Shown here: piece after piece, positions 43,123 through 54,316 of the stretch | How the letters are laid out: each line of letters starts with the position of its first letter | Position numbering within the stretch: the stretch's first letter is position 1 | NCBI GenBank assembly: GCA_026936335.1 | Contig: JAPMXV010000006.1 | Coordinates: 124,001 to 188,000 of the forward strand | DNA: 64,000 nt | Direction of reading: 5' to 3' | From: Mantamonas sphyraenae STR306 | Taxonomy: Eukaryota > Protista > CRuMs | The notes under the pieces: generated by a model | The model's database searches: none | Told to the model about the DNA's origin: nothing | The model's input: the letters and a program-made list of their open reading frames with translations, nothing else | Position numbers and translations under genes: made by a program

Positions 43123-44949
43123 TCATTCGAACTTGCCGCCAGCAGCCACAAAGATCTGGGAGAAAGTGTTAAAGACAAGAAAGATGGCTGAGATGACAAG
43201 GACGGCTGTGATCCACCTGGGGTGGGCAAAGGGAGACTCGTGGGGATTGGGTCCGCCAAGATTGCGCTTGGCGACCTCTTTGCGTGCAAAGTAGAGCATG
43301 AGTGCAGGAAACACCATCATGATGCCCATGCCAGCGTAGGAGCCCGTGACCGAGACGAGAAAGTCGACGTCGCGCGTGGCGGCGGCAATAAAGATGGGCG
43401 GCAGCGCAGCGGCCAGGGTGAGGATGTAGTGCATCTTCTTGCTCTCGACGTCGGTGAACGAACCAAACAGCTGTTTGAGGTTGTTGCGCAGCGTGACAGC
43501 AATGATGGGGTAATTTGTGGTGAGAGTAAACACGGGATAAAGGGCCAGGAAGTTGGCGACCACCGAGACGTCGTACGAGGCAAAGTTGAGAGTGTACAGC
43601 TCCTGCACGTTGCATGGGTGGCTCGGGTGGGTGTTGCACGTCGTGTAGCCCGTATGACCAAAGGCAAAGACGGCAGACAGGCAAAGGAGGCAGTAGGAGC
43701 TGAGCACCGAGGCAAACACAGCGGGAAACAGAGTGGTGGTCAGCTTGCTCTTGTCCTCAACAGGTGCAATGATGGAAGGCAGCGAGTGGTGGCACATAAA
43801 GCTGTAGAGGGCAGTGCCAAACACGGCGGGGATGCCAGCAATGTCAAAGAGCTTGAGGTCGCTGGCGGTGGCGCCACTGCCCTCGGCAATGACGGTAAAG
43901 GCGACAATGACCATGGTGAAGAAAGCGAGGTTGCGGGTGAACAGGGTAAAGTACTGCAGGTACTTTGTCTTCTGGATGTTGAAGAAGCAAAACGGAACGA
44001 GGAGGCCGGCAAAGATGGCTACGTAGAGGAGGTACCACTGTTCGAGAGCCCACCCTGTGCCTGTCTCGCTGACCTTGGCAAGGGTGAGGGGTACGCTGAC
44101 GGCGTAGATGCTTAGGTCGCCGTACAGGTAGATGCAGATGATGCCGTAGAAGGCGCTGCGTCCCCACTTGCCCATGAACATGTCTGCAAGCAGGCCCATC
44201 TCGACACGGCGGTCGATGGAGAAGAACGAGCGGTTGAGGAAAGAGTCTGGCTGTTGCTTGCCGCCGACGTCGTCGCCCTGCTGCACAGAAGTGCCGTGCG
44301 TTGCACCCAGCAGTGGCTGCTTCTGTTGCGTATCATCCTCGGCGTCATCCATGGCTGTGTACGCAGCCGCGCTGGCTTCTTCCTGTTCGGCCAGTGTCGT
44401 TGCGTGCACACGCACGGCGTTCTTGTTCTGCGTGGAGGGTGGTGCGTGTCAGCGCAAAAATGCACGTGTACCGTCTCGTGTTCGGCAGCCGCTGCACATG
44501 CACCGCACGGTGGATGGGGGGCCAAGTGGACGGTGCTGTGTGTGTGTGTGGGTGTGTATGTGTGTACGTACGTTCTTGGCCAGGTCGTCATCGTCGCCTG
44601 CGGCAATCGTGGCGGTCGCAATCAAGGCGTTGGCGATCGACTGCGCCTCAATCACAAAAGTCACGGTGACAAAGCTGTTGGGAGCAGAGGGGCGGTCAGG
44701 ATGCCCTGGTGTCAGCAAACATGGCTGGGAATGACAGTGGGCATGGACATGGGGCGGGAGCAGGACGGCATGGCAGTGTGCGTACCTGACAAAGGCGATA
44801 AAGCCGAGAAAGAGCGGACCCAAGAGGAGTCCCGACTTTTCAAAGGCAATGGGCAGGGCGAGGGCGCCCACGCCCACAATGAGGTTGAAGAGATAGACAA
44901 ACGCGACCTTGTTGGTGTATGTGGTGCCCACGTCGACGCCACCTGCCAT
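43123..44949 (-). CDS. TMEM104: Transmembrane protein 104 (Aa_trans / APC-superfamily amino-acid transporter-like); 3 exons
   Basis: YLFNLIVGVGALALP, FVTVTFVIEAQSIANA, RVEMGLLADMF, IYLYGDLSIYA, FNIQKTKYLQ, YSFMCHHSLPS, PVFTLTTNYPIIAVTLRNNL, TGSYAG, HESPF. Confidence 0.92.
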
Positions 44950-45111
44950 GGCTGGATCGACTGCGATGGTTGCGAGAACTTCAAGGGACGTAGTTGGTTG
45001 CCGACGCGCGTGGAAGGCATGCAAAGGTGCCGAGGCAGCAGATAGATCACGGGTTGGGGTTGGATGGGCACTCAGGGCCTGGGGATGCATTTCGTTTTGG
45101 AGGAACCCAGC

Positions 45112-45786
45112 TTAGGCAGCAGCCTTGAGCGCCACCTCGCCAGCAATGCCGTACAGGTTGTAGAGCAAGTAGATGGCGCCAGCAAAGAACACAAGCTCAC
45201 CGTAGAGGCGAGCACCGGGGCGAACTGTGGGTGGGAGCGTGTGAGCGAGGGTTGTGGTGGCGGGGCCAAGTTGGGCCCTTGTCACTTTTCGGTGGGTGTG
45301 GCTTCCCTTCGCGACGTCAACGCGCCCGGTGCGCCGCATGCGGGCAAGACGGCACGGGGGACGGGCATTGCGATCGTCCGTGTGGATGGGATGGTATCAA
45401 ATCACCGCTGTCAACCACTTACCAGAGTAGCCAAGGGCGTACACGACGCGGCCGACGCAAAAGACGGCGGCGCCAATCAGTGCCGGAAACGGACGGAAAA
45501 GACCGACGAGGAGGACAAGAGCCAGGATCTCGGCGCTGGTCTCGATCATGTTCTGGTGGCCACGCTGAACCGCGTTGAACTCCTTGGCGTGCTTGTGGTC
45601 GGGGGCAGCGTACATCTGGGGCACAGGCACGTCGTACTTCTTGCGGGCAGCACCCACACGTCCGCCAAGGAACAGATTGGTGAAATAGAAAACAATCACG
45701 GCCCAAAACGTGTATGCAATGTCGACCGGGACTTCAAACGGGACAGAGGCGGCGGCAGCAGTGGCAGCAGTGGCAGCGTCAGACAT
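45112..45786 (-). CDS. MGST3: MAPEG family microsomal glutathione S-transferase 3-like; 2 exons
   Basis: VGAARKKYDVPVPQMYA, FNAVQRGHQNMIE, GRVVYALGYS|VRPGARLYG. The intron has donor GTAAGT at ~45422 and acceptor CACAG at ~45225. Confidence 0.88.
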
Positions 45787-45889
45787 GGTCACTGGGTGTG
45801 GATGCGCGGAGGTGGCGGCGGAAGCGCAGACGCGGCAAGACTTTCTTCAGGGTTGCGCAAAGCGCATCGGCTTCACACTTGTCAACACA

Positions 45890-48166
45890 ATGGACCGCTA
45901 CGAGGTTCTGGGCACAATTGCTCAGGGCACGTACGGCAAGGTGATCAAGTGCCGGCACAAGGACACGGGTGAGCTGGTGGCGATCAAAAAGTTTAAGGAA
46001 AGCGACGAAGACGACGAAGCTGTTCGACGCACCGCCCTGCGTGAGATCCGCATCCTCAAGCAGCTGAGACACGACAACGTGGTGCGTCTCATCGAGGTGT
46101 TTCGTCACAAGGCCAAACTGTACCTCGTGTTTGAGTATGTGGAGCACACGGTGCTGGAGGAGCTCGAACGGGGCCTGGACGAACTCGACGCCAAAAAGAC
46201 GCTCTACCAGATCCTGCGCAGCATCGAATTTTGCCACAGCCAGAACGTACGTTTCCACAATTGCCCGTTGACCCGTTGGCCTCGCTTGCACCCGTCCACT
46301 CTCGCCTGTGTTGTCGCTACGGTGCACTCGAAAGCGTCGTTGCCCGGCTTCCAAGCCGTTTGCGCTGCAGAGGCAGATTTTCTCCCCGCTGCATGTCTTT
46401 TGTGTCGTATGGTTGTGTAAAGGTGCTGTGCACACTGCGTCACATGGCACAGTGTGCAGGCGTGGCCAGGAGGCAGATGGTCGCGCAGTGTGCGTGAAAG
46501 GAGTGGACCCAAAAAGACGGCCATTCGCAACGGCTCATGAACCCGACTCACGTTTTTCGTCCGCGGCCGCCCACAGATCATCCACAGGGACTTGAAGCCC
46601 GAAAACCTGCTGGTGAGCAAGAACGGCGTGCTGAAGTTGTGTGACTTTGGGTTTGCGCGTGCTCTGGGCCAGCCTGGCGCACGATACACGGAGTACGTGG
46701 CAACGCGCTGGTATCGTGCCCCGGAGCTGCTGGTGGGCGACACACAGTACGGACCAGCCGTGGACATTTGGGCCATCGGCACCATGTTTACAGAAATCCT
46801 GGATGGGGAGCCACTGTTTCCGGGCGACACGGACATCGACCAGTTGTACCATATCATGAGCTGCCTGGGCGATCTGACCCCGCGGCTCAAGGAGGTGTTT
46901 GACAACAATCCGCTGTTTGCAGGCGCCCAACTGCCTGTGGTCACCGAAGTTGAGTCGCTGAAGGAGCGGTTTGCTCACCTGGATCCCGTGTCGCTCGATT
47001 TCGTGCACTCGTGCTTGTCGTACGAGCCCGAAAGCCGCTTCACGGCTGCCGAGCTTATGCAGCATCCGTACTTTGGCGCAGAGTTTGTGCGCCAGTTTGA
47101 GGCCGAGTTGGCAGCCAAGGTGAAAAAGGAGGCATCGTTGTTCAACCTGGCACGCAAACAGCGCAGGCGTGCGCGGAAGCGAAGCAGCAGCACAAGCGAC
47201 GCCGGAACAGGCCAGGGAAGCAGTAGCGGCTCGGGTCCGGGTGCTTCCTCGTCAACAATTCTTGCCACTGCGTCGTCCACAGGCGGCATCGGCTCATCGG
47301 GAGCCAGCAGCAGTGGCAGTGGCGGGTTGACCGGCGCCAGCAGCACCGATCTCGCTTCCTCCAGCAAGCATCAACACAAGCGGCACAAGCAACCTTACTA
47401 CTTTGGCGCAGCAGGCACAACAGGAGGCAACTCCAAGAGCAATCACAGCAGCGGAAGCACCAGCAGCAGCAACAACAGCAACACTGGAACGATGAAAGCG
47501 ATGACTCCAAGTGGTAGTGCAGACGACTCCGAGACGGGCTCGCTGGCGAGCGACGCCAGTGCAGGTGTGCACAGCAACAGTGGGAGCACCAGCACGTTTC
47601 CATCCATCCAACGTAGCATCCTCAAGTCACCCAAGCCGTCGGCGGTGATGGTGGCGTTGCCCAACCTTACGACAGAGGAGGGCATGATGAGCAATGCCAC
47701 CTCCAACAACGCACATGGTACGGCCAGTGGCGGTGGCAACGAAGCGCCCGAGAACATGCCTCCGATGAATGGAGTGCAGGCAGGGGCCAAGAAACTGCCG
47801 GACGACCTGTCGCTGTTCCGCAGGCGGCAGGGACGACGAGACAACCGCATCCCGGCCATCCAACCGCCCATGATGCCCAAAACGTTGGATTTTGAGCAGC
47901 AGGCGGACAGTCCGCAGAGTGATGTGGCCGAGGTGGGCGTGTTTGGCATGGCCGGCAACAGCGCAGAGACGTCGCCCAGTAGCACCGTGCCTGCCATCCA
48001 GATGGATGCGGACGAACAGGGAATGGGCAGGGACATCCACGGTGAGGTGGTGGTGGATGTCAAGCGGCATCGACGCACGCGCAGCAACGACCAAAAGGTG
48101 GGTCAGCAGACGACCTTCACCTTGCCCACCCTCACCACAGGCGCGGAGGATGTGAATAGCAACAAC

Positions 48167-48221
<55 letters not shown>

Positions 48222-49126
48222 CAGGGTTAGGGGCCGGAGCAGGGGCAGTGGGAGCGGCCGCACCTGCAAGCATGAACAGCTCAGGAAACAGTGGCGACTT
48301 GTCCGCAGGCGTCGGCGTGTCCGGCCGCGGTTCTCGCAGCGGATCACACCATTTCCAGGGCGTAGGGTTTACAGTGAACAAGTGGAGCAGCAGCGGACGT
48401 GTGTCTCGCTCCCACAAGGACTTTGCTGGGTCCAAGAAACGTACGACGCGGAAGGACGGTTCGTCGTCCAAGGCATCGATGATGCGTTCCATGTCGCCCG
48501 TGGGGCTGACCATGGGCACCGGTTCCATCGGCATGGGTCTCTTTCCCACCTCCAGCACAGGACATGAGCCACAGCCCCTGCAGAAGAGTGCCAGCGGCCA
48601 AGGGGCGTCTTCGTCGGGCGCGAGCAGCAGCAACAGCAGCAACAGCAACGCGGGTCGTCGATCGCCCATGCTCGACACCTATTCCCACTCTCGGTCTCGC
48701 TCCCCGTACGGGCAGATGGTGCGCACAAAGTCGCCGTTTCCCGGTATTGGCGAAGGAGTGGTGGGTTACGGAAGCACCAGCAACAACGATGTGGCCAACG
48801 GCAACAGCACCGGCAACAGCAACAGCGGCGTGGCTTTGCACGTCTCTCACACGTCCGTGCGTCGCACAAAGTCGTACCTGGGGCGAGGGACCGGTGGCAG
48901 CAGCAACAGCAGCAGCAGCAACGGCAGCGGCAGCAGCAGCAGCGGCACAGGGGCAGCACCACGCGGTCTGAAGTTTGGCAAGACCAGCAGCAGCAACAAC
49001 AGTGGTACGGGATCAGGGCGCGATCGCGATCAGGGGGTCGCTGACGACGGAATGTTGTCTGTGTCGGGCACAACACCCACGTTGTCTCGCAAAAAGACCC
49101 AACGTCGGACCGGGAGACACGGATGA
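45890..49126 (+). CDS. CDKL: Cyclin-dependent kinase-like (CDKL) kinase with long low-complexity C-terminal tail; 2 exons
   Basis: MDRYEVLG, VAIKKFKESDED, TALREIRILKQLRHDN, LYLVFEYV, IIHRDLKPENLL, LKLCDFGFAR and the TxY motif YTEYVATRWYRAPELL. Intron ~46247-46577. Confidence 0.93.
48168..48213. repeat. Coding (GCA)n microsatellite encoding poly-Ala in the CDKL tail
   Basis: About 15 perfect GCA triplets. Confidence 0.9.
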
Positions 49127-49194
49127 GAGGATGGAATGCAATGTACTGAATGGCACGTGGCTCGTGTGCGTGTTCATTGGTGGTGTGGGGGAGA

Positions 49195-52100
49195 TCACAA
49201 AAGAATGCACGCCTTGCTTTCCGCCTTGGCAGCGCGTGCTTCTGCATCTGCCTGCGCCTTGCGTGCAGCGTCCAGCTCGCGTTCCACCTTTTCGTTCTCC
49301 TGTTCCAAATGCACGGTTTGTTCGCGCAGCGCAGCCAATTGTGCCTGCAGGTCGCTTTGCAGCTCGGTCAGCTTCTTCTCCTGCGCTTGGTTGGCCGCCT
49401 GGGACTTGGCCAGCTGCGAAGCCAGAAACTCGGGGTCATTGGCCAGTGGGTCGTCGTGTCCCACCACAAACACTTGCAGGTCCAGAGCACGCAGCATGTC
49501 CACCAGATCGTCGTCCAGGGCCAAGCAGAACTCGCTCTCAAACTCAAACACCGGCGCAAGCGACGGCCGTGGCTGACGTTCAGACACAACCTGGGTGCTG
49601 GCCATCTGCAGTTCGGCAGAGTCCGCATCGCTGCTGGGCGGAAAGTCGTACATCACAAACAGCCCGGAGGTTTTGGTGGCCTCCCGTCCCAGCGCTGCGT
49701 CCAGGACGGTGATCCGCAACACTGCCTGGCCTTCGTTGCCGATCGTTTGCTGCAACTCAAAGGCCACGTTGAGCACCGCACCTGCGCCCACTCCATCGCC
49801 TTGCAGCGGCACTTGCACACATTGCAGTGGGCCGTCCAGCTCCAACGCCTTCAGACTCACCGCCCCACACGCGAGCTTCTCGTCTGGCGGAAACACCAGG
49901 AATGGATTGTCCTCGTCGAATCCGTTTGTCGGAATGCCGTCGTCCAGGAACTGTTGGTACCGTTGGCGCATCTCGTCCAGCCTCTGGTCAAACACAGACC
50001 AATCCCACACCTCTTCCAAGCCCCCACCACCCGTGGACACCGCCTTCACCTGCGCCTCCTCCAACTGAAGCGATTGCATGTCATCTCCGTCGTACTCCAG
50101 CGTGTACACCATGTCGATGTCCATCTCCTCAGCCATGTCGTTGGCTTCGTCCACTTTCTCCAACACCATGCTGAGGATCTGCTTTTGCTTTTCGCTCGCT
50201 GCCAACGCCTTGGCCTGTTGTTTCAGCGCACGGATGCTCTCCTGCTTCTCTTTGGCCGCCTCTTCCTTCAGCTCCCGATACTTGCGCTGTGCCTCTGCCG
50301 CACGCGTCTGCTGCTCCTGCTTGATGGCGTGAATCCGAGCTGCCAGTTTGTCCGACTCCTTCTCCTCTGCCTCTGCTGCCTTGATTGCCTCCTGCAGCTC
50401 CTTCTCCGTTGCCTTGAGCTCCTCTTCCAGCGCTTTCTTCTGTTCTGCCACCTCCTCCTGCTCCTCCACCTCCGCCTCAAGCGCGTCAATTTGCTCTTGC
50501 AGCTTCTCCTGCTCCGCCTTGTCCTGCTCCGCGACCTTGCCCTGCACCTGAGCCAGTTCGTCCACAGCCATGCGCCAGTCTGCAGCCACTGTGGAATCGC
50601 TTTCAGCTGTCGCCCATGGCAGCACCACGCGAAACACCGCCCCGGCACCGACAATCACTCGATCGCCATGCGCCAGGGCCACGTCGGCGTCGCCCACCTG
50701 CGTGCCATTCACATACGTTGGTGCCAACTTGCCCTTGGCTCCCGTAGGTAGCGCCTTGAGCGTTGCGCTGTTGCCAGACCACGTCACTGTGCAGTGCTCC
50801 TTTGCAATGCGGCGTCCCACGAGGCGGATGTTGCTGGCCTTGGAACGGCCCAGCACGTTTTCGCCCTCCCGGAAAAAGTACAGCAACTCGCCGTCCAGCG
50901 CCGGGTCTTCGCTCAGATTGAGCAGATGAGGCGTTTGCGACACATCCACGCCACTCAGCAGCGACACGTCCTGCAGGGACAGTCCCAGATCCACCAACGC
51001 CTCATCCTGCTCGTTGCGGTACTCTTCGGCAATTTTCAGCCGATCTTCGTACGTTTGCTGCATGTTCTTCATCTGGCTCGCCTGTGCATCCAATTTGGCC
51101 TGCAATTCCGCCAACTCACGCTTCAGACGCAATTCCTCGGCGTCCGGTTGCTGCGGCGTGTCATTGTCGCTTTCATCGTCGCTTGCGTCGTCGTCTTCCT
51201 CCTCCTCCCCTTCCTCGTCGTTGCTTTTGCGTCGTCGTCGTTTCTTCTTCCGTCCACCTGTGCGACGCCGCATGGCCTCCAGCTCCTGCACCCGTTGAGT
51301 CTGCTCGGCCAGCTCGCGCTTGAGCCTGTCTACTTCACTCTCGGCTTCCACCACATCCTCCACCACCTCTTCCTGCTTCTCGAGCTGGTTGACAATGGCG
51401 GCGGCCCGATCGGCGTACCGCAACGTGGACAACGTCTCCTCAAAGTTGCTGTCAGCCGGCGACACCGCAGCAATCATGACTGTGAACGAGTTGCCACCTA
51501 GGGACGACTCCAACAGCTGCGTCAGTACCGAATCGCGATACGGCACGTAGGGCTTGCGGCTGCTGTTCTTGCCCTTGCCTTGTCGGATCTCGGACACGCG
51601 AGCAAGGGCCGAGATCACGTTCCCGAGTGCAGACAGGGACTGGTTGATGGCACACGCCTCCTTGAGACGCTGACCTTTGGCACCGGTGTTGCTCTGGCGT
51701 TCCGAACCGGCAAGGTCCACCAGCGACACCGAGCTCGTCACTGTGCGGATGCGCTTTGTGCTCGGCCCACCCTTGGTTCCACTCCCGGAATCGCCACCGC
51801 TGCTCTTTCGTTGCACCAGAGTGATGGTGAACACACTGTGCGATCGCGAGCTCGTGGCGTTCATCTTTGTCGCCGCAACGGAACGTTCTGCGTTTCCGCG
51901 CTGCATTGCGTCGTGCAGCTGCGCATAGCTGTCCACAGTCACAGTGCGCAGACCTTGAACAAATGCCCCCTTCTTCGGGTGACGGCGTACCTTGAGACCC
52001 TTGCGTGGCCGCTGTAGTAGCACCCGGTTGTCAGCTCGGCCCAACGTTTGGAAATCGGAAAAAGAGGCCTCCCGCAACGACCAAGTCTCACACACTCACC

Positions 52101-52630
52101 TTTTCCGAAGGCACAAACAAGTCTTGGATGCGTTCGTTGTAGACTTCCAAGTATGACACCTGCACTTCGTAGTGCACGTTGGCGTCTGTGTTTGCGGAGA
52201 TGCGTTCGAACAACACGCTGGAAACACGCGAGATGATGCCCGGGTTGTCGCTGGGGCCGGTCATGCTGTAGCTTTTGCCCGATCCCGTTTGACCGTATGC
52301 AAAAACGGACGAGTTGTAGCCCGCGAACGTCTTGTCCAGCAGCCGTGTGCCCAGGTCCTGGAACAGAGACTCCTGCGACGCAAACACAGGCGACGAAGGA
52401 TCGAACGAGTCGTACACATAGTCAAAGTCAAACGTGTACTCCTCCTTCTCGCTCTGCTCCTCGTCAGTGAGCTCGGGGTTGAAATTTGGGTTCTTCAGAG
52501 TCACCTGATCGCCCGCCATGAACACCACCCGTTCGGCCCCAGCCATTTTTTCACGGCTGTTCATGGGCCGCATGCGCACTGCCACAATCACGTTGTCTTC
52601 TGATGCAGTCGAGGATGACGACGAGGACAT
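49195..52630 (-). CDS. Kinesin-3 family motor (motor, FHA, coiled coil, C2-like tail) ending in CaaX motif CILL; 2 exons
   Basis: NVIVAVRMRP, FAYGQTGSGKSYSM, SYLEVYNE, ATKMNATSSRSH, LVDLAGSER, RLKEACAINQSLSALG, VPYRDSVLT, EETLSTLRYA. Kinesin-3 pre-FHA motif PHLLNLSEDPALDGELLY, FHA LAHGDRVIVG. Intron ~52099-52013. Confidence 0.92.
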
Positions 52631-53602
52631 TCTGTTTCTCGGGGGATTGGTTCCGTCGCCGCATGGAAGATGCACAGAGAGACGATGGATGATGTGTGTG
52701 ACGTGTGTGTGTGTGTGTATGTGTGTGGCTGTAGGAGACAACGCGATCTGGGGCAAGTTGGAAGCACGGATGAGTATGTGGGTGAGGGTGGATGCGCTGC
52801 GACGGTCGTGTCAAGCCAAAAGCAAAAAAACCTCGCGTGAGTTTTGACACTCTTTTGATATTCCCCTTGCACGGCCATGCAGACCCACAGTCTGTCTCGC
52901 ACCCACCCGGTCTGCATGTAATCACTGTATGTCCACATGTCAACATGGCGTGTGGTTGCAGGAGAGTGCTGTGTAGTCTGTGGCTTGCCGGCGACCAGCC
53001 AGCCGCCGAAGATTGCCAACGGCTCTTTGTCTCCTTGAACGCCACCTGCAGCGCCACACACACGTGGGCACATGCTGCGTGGCAGGCAACAGGCAGAATG
53101 GATGGAATGATACCCAACCAGGATATATGGGAGGCTGTGATGTATGTCTGTGCATGTCGTGTGGTGCCTCCGCAACGGGGAAAACGGCCCCAGCCAGCGA
53201 AAACGGTAACGGCCACAACGTTCCCCGAGCTATCCGGCTTTCCGGTGACTTGCCACATGGAAAGCATCAAACAGAAAGCGACCCAACCTGCTGGAGCCAC
53301 CCAATGCAGCCTTGCGCATGGGTTCTGCTGTGTATGCATCTGCCAGACTGGCGTGAGCCGGTTGGGAGTGCGTTTGCGGAGGAAACTGGGGGGACGCCAA
53401 CGAATGTGTTGCCGGAAAAACCAACCCCCAAAAGCGGCAGTTTGCTGTGGGGATGGGCATACGCATGGACATGGAGTGGGAAAAGTAGAGAGCACGCGTG
53501 AAGTATCCTCTTGCTCCTCCCTCGTTCCTCTGTGCGCACTGTACACTCCCTTCTGACACAGAAATTGGGTGCTCTCTCTCGGTCGCTCGCAGACTAAAAG
53601 AG

Positions 53603-54247
53603 ATGTCTGAGAACGCTGCGCCTGCCAACAACAACAACGAGAACAACAACAACAGCGACAACGGCAAGAAGGAGACCGGCGGCAACGCAGTGGTCGGCGG
53701 AGCCGTCAACGCCGTGGGCGCCGTGGGCGACGGTGTGAACACGTGGTGGGAGGACTTGCAGATGGTGCGCAACCCGATGATGGCTGTTCCGGAGGACTTT
53801 GTGCCGGACAACCAGGAGTACACTTTTGACGACAAGATGGACGCAGTGTGGATGCGCCTGTCGCGCTGGATGCGCTGGGTGGGCATTGTGTCGATTGTGC
53901 TGGGTGTGTGCCGCTACTTCCTGCTGGCTCTGGGTGCGGCTCGTCTGGGTGCCTGCGGTGCTGCAGATGGAGCGATTGTGAACCTTGTGGGCGGTTTCAT
54001 TGACGCCAGCGTGCAGCTGATTGTTGGTTACACGCTGATCAAGTGCGCTCGCCTGATCCGGGAGCTGGCCGAGGTGAACGGCCCGGGCATCCGCCGCATG
54101 CTGTTTGCCTTTGCCACGCTGACGCGTGTGTACTTTGTGCAGTCTGTGTCGTACACGTTCAACAGCGTGCTGGTTGTGCTGGCCACCATTGCGGCCATCA
54201 TCCTCATCGCTGACCCGGCCTCGGTTGGTGCTGCCACCGCCTGCTAA
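53603..54247 (+). CDS. Small 3-TM membrane protein, DUF5362-like; intronless
   Basis: ATG 53603, Asn-rich N-terminus, then EYTFDD...LSRWMRWVGIVSIVLG...LIVGYTLIKCA...IRRMLFAFATLTRVYFVQ and a final TM. Codon usage is strongly GC3-biased, like neighbouring genes. Confidence 0.65.
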   Translation: MSENAAPANNNNENNNNSDNGKKETGGNAVVGGAVNAVGAVGDGVNTWWEDLQMVRNPMMAVPEDFVPDNQEYTFDDKMDAVWMRLSRWMRWVGIVSIVLGVCRYFLLALGAARLGACGAADGAIVNLVGGFIDASVQLIVGYTLIKCARLIRELAEVNGPGIRRMLFAFATLTRVYFVQSVSYTFNSVLVVLATIAAIILIADPASVGAATAC

Positions 54248-54316
54248 ACAGCCAATGAACACAACCTACCAGAAACAAAGGACACTGTTCCATCCCGTTT
54301 GCATTCCCATCCAGAT

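Noticed and set aside
47150-49126. Hidden domain or second gene in the CDKL tail
   Set aside because: It is a continuous ORF of S/G/N/A low-complexity sequence; long disordered tails are normal for CDKL5-like kinases.
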